Source: Lingula anatina
Taxonomy: Eukaryota > Animalia > Brachiopoda
Assembly (NCBI GenBank): GCA_051362555.1
Contig: CM120645.1
Coordinates: 21,638,001-21,702,000 of the forward strand
Direction: 5' to 3'
DNA length: 64,000 nucleotides
A program made the position numbers and the translations under genes. Shown in pieces: positions 62,912-64,000 of the stretch. Position 1 is the stretch's first letter. Each line of letters begins with the position of its first letter. Below the pieces are notes generated by a model. The model did not search any database. It was not told the DNA's origin and worked only from the letters and a program-made list of their open reading frames with translations.

Positions 62912-64000
62912 ATGTCGTCTAATAAGGCAATTGTCAAGGTGCCTTCTGCTTCTTGGAAAGTTTATGCAATGAAAAGTAGCCCACACACTTCCCTTTCTGT
63001 CGCACTCATACATGTCGCCTTACGGCAAGTTGGTCTGAAGGTCGCGCGCATTGTCGTTTGTAGCTAATATCTGTTTGGTTGGGTACATTTGTGCACAGGA
63101 TCGTAGTTTCAAACAGATTTGACATTTGTCTCAACCCGTAATGATGGTAGCATCTTTGAATGAGAACAGGATCCCATGAGAACAGGACCCCCTCCCCTTA
63201 AAAGTTAAAAATAAATGAAGTCTATACTCTCTTTTAGAGAACGCTCTCTCTCTCTCTCTCTCTCTCTCCGGATGCTAGCGTCTTAAGAAACTAACTATAA
63301 TAGTACCATATACGGTAGATCATTAAATGAAAGGGTGATATAGCTAAATATTCCATTTATATGTTTAATAGCAAATAAAGATAAAAAATATTTTTTAAAT
63401 AAATCAATACACATCTTGTCATTAAGCTAAAGGAACCGAGCAGCTACCGTTTCAGTTTTACTTCAGTTTAATAAACACCTTAATCTATAGGCCTTATTGC
63501 CCTGAAACACAGTCAACATATTGCTTCAATCCGCTGGCTAATTGGAAACCAAATAAACTTAATCGCATCACATTAAACCCAGAATTACAGAGACAGCTCC
63601 TCTTTATTGAGCGATTTGCGATGGGTTAGCACTGCGTTGAACTTGAAAAAATGCATTAATATTTGTATTCCGTGGCCAGTTTTGAAATTCTTTTATGCCA
63701 GTTTTGAAAATATAAAATAATTTATCTTTAAGTCAGGAATCAATCTGTAAGTCTGAGATATGAAAAAATTGCGTTGGGAATTTTAAAAATTAAATTCCAT
63801 TCGATTTTTTATTCAAGCTTGAAATAAGACCCTTTTTTTGTGCATTTTGATGCACGTTAGGTTCTTTTTTAAATGTATTGCCATATGCAGGAAGCAAAAC
63901 TACGAGTGTTCGTGTGGGGTAGGGGTTAGAAACAAATAAACTACGGGCTTTGAGGGAGGAGAAAACAGCCAAAACACCTCTCGTAAGTTAGGTATCGTTG

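Noticed and set aside
57130-62972. Low-complexity ORFs (VCVC, KKKK, YIYI)
   Set aside because: These are translations of microsatellites and homopolymers.

Overview
AT-rich, intron-rich eukaryotic DNA from an animal, probably a marine invertebrate (the taxon cannot be fixed from sequence alone). Bases 1-40,500 hold two tandem, same-orientation chitin synthase paralogs on the minus strand. Gene A (39389->13122) could be traced by hand as 23 phase-compatible GT-AG exons (about 1423 aa). It has the CTTMYNE, KKRWSQ, TDAD, GHWLQK, CAPGCFS, GEDRW, QRRRW and SWGTRE motifs and two C-terminal SAM domains. Gene B (from 7596) shows its first 6 exons and runs off the left edge. The main anomaly is a 1111-bp TTAA-flanked piggyBac-like element inside coding exon 5 of gene A. 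It creates an immediate in-frame stop, while the rest of the ORF I could trace is intact. Introns and flanks carry many DNA transposon remnants with readable TIRs and TSDs (Tc1, pogo-like, Mutator-like, Harbinger/Zator-like, EnSpm-like MITEs, Helentron-type elements). No convincing gene was found in 43-64 kb.
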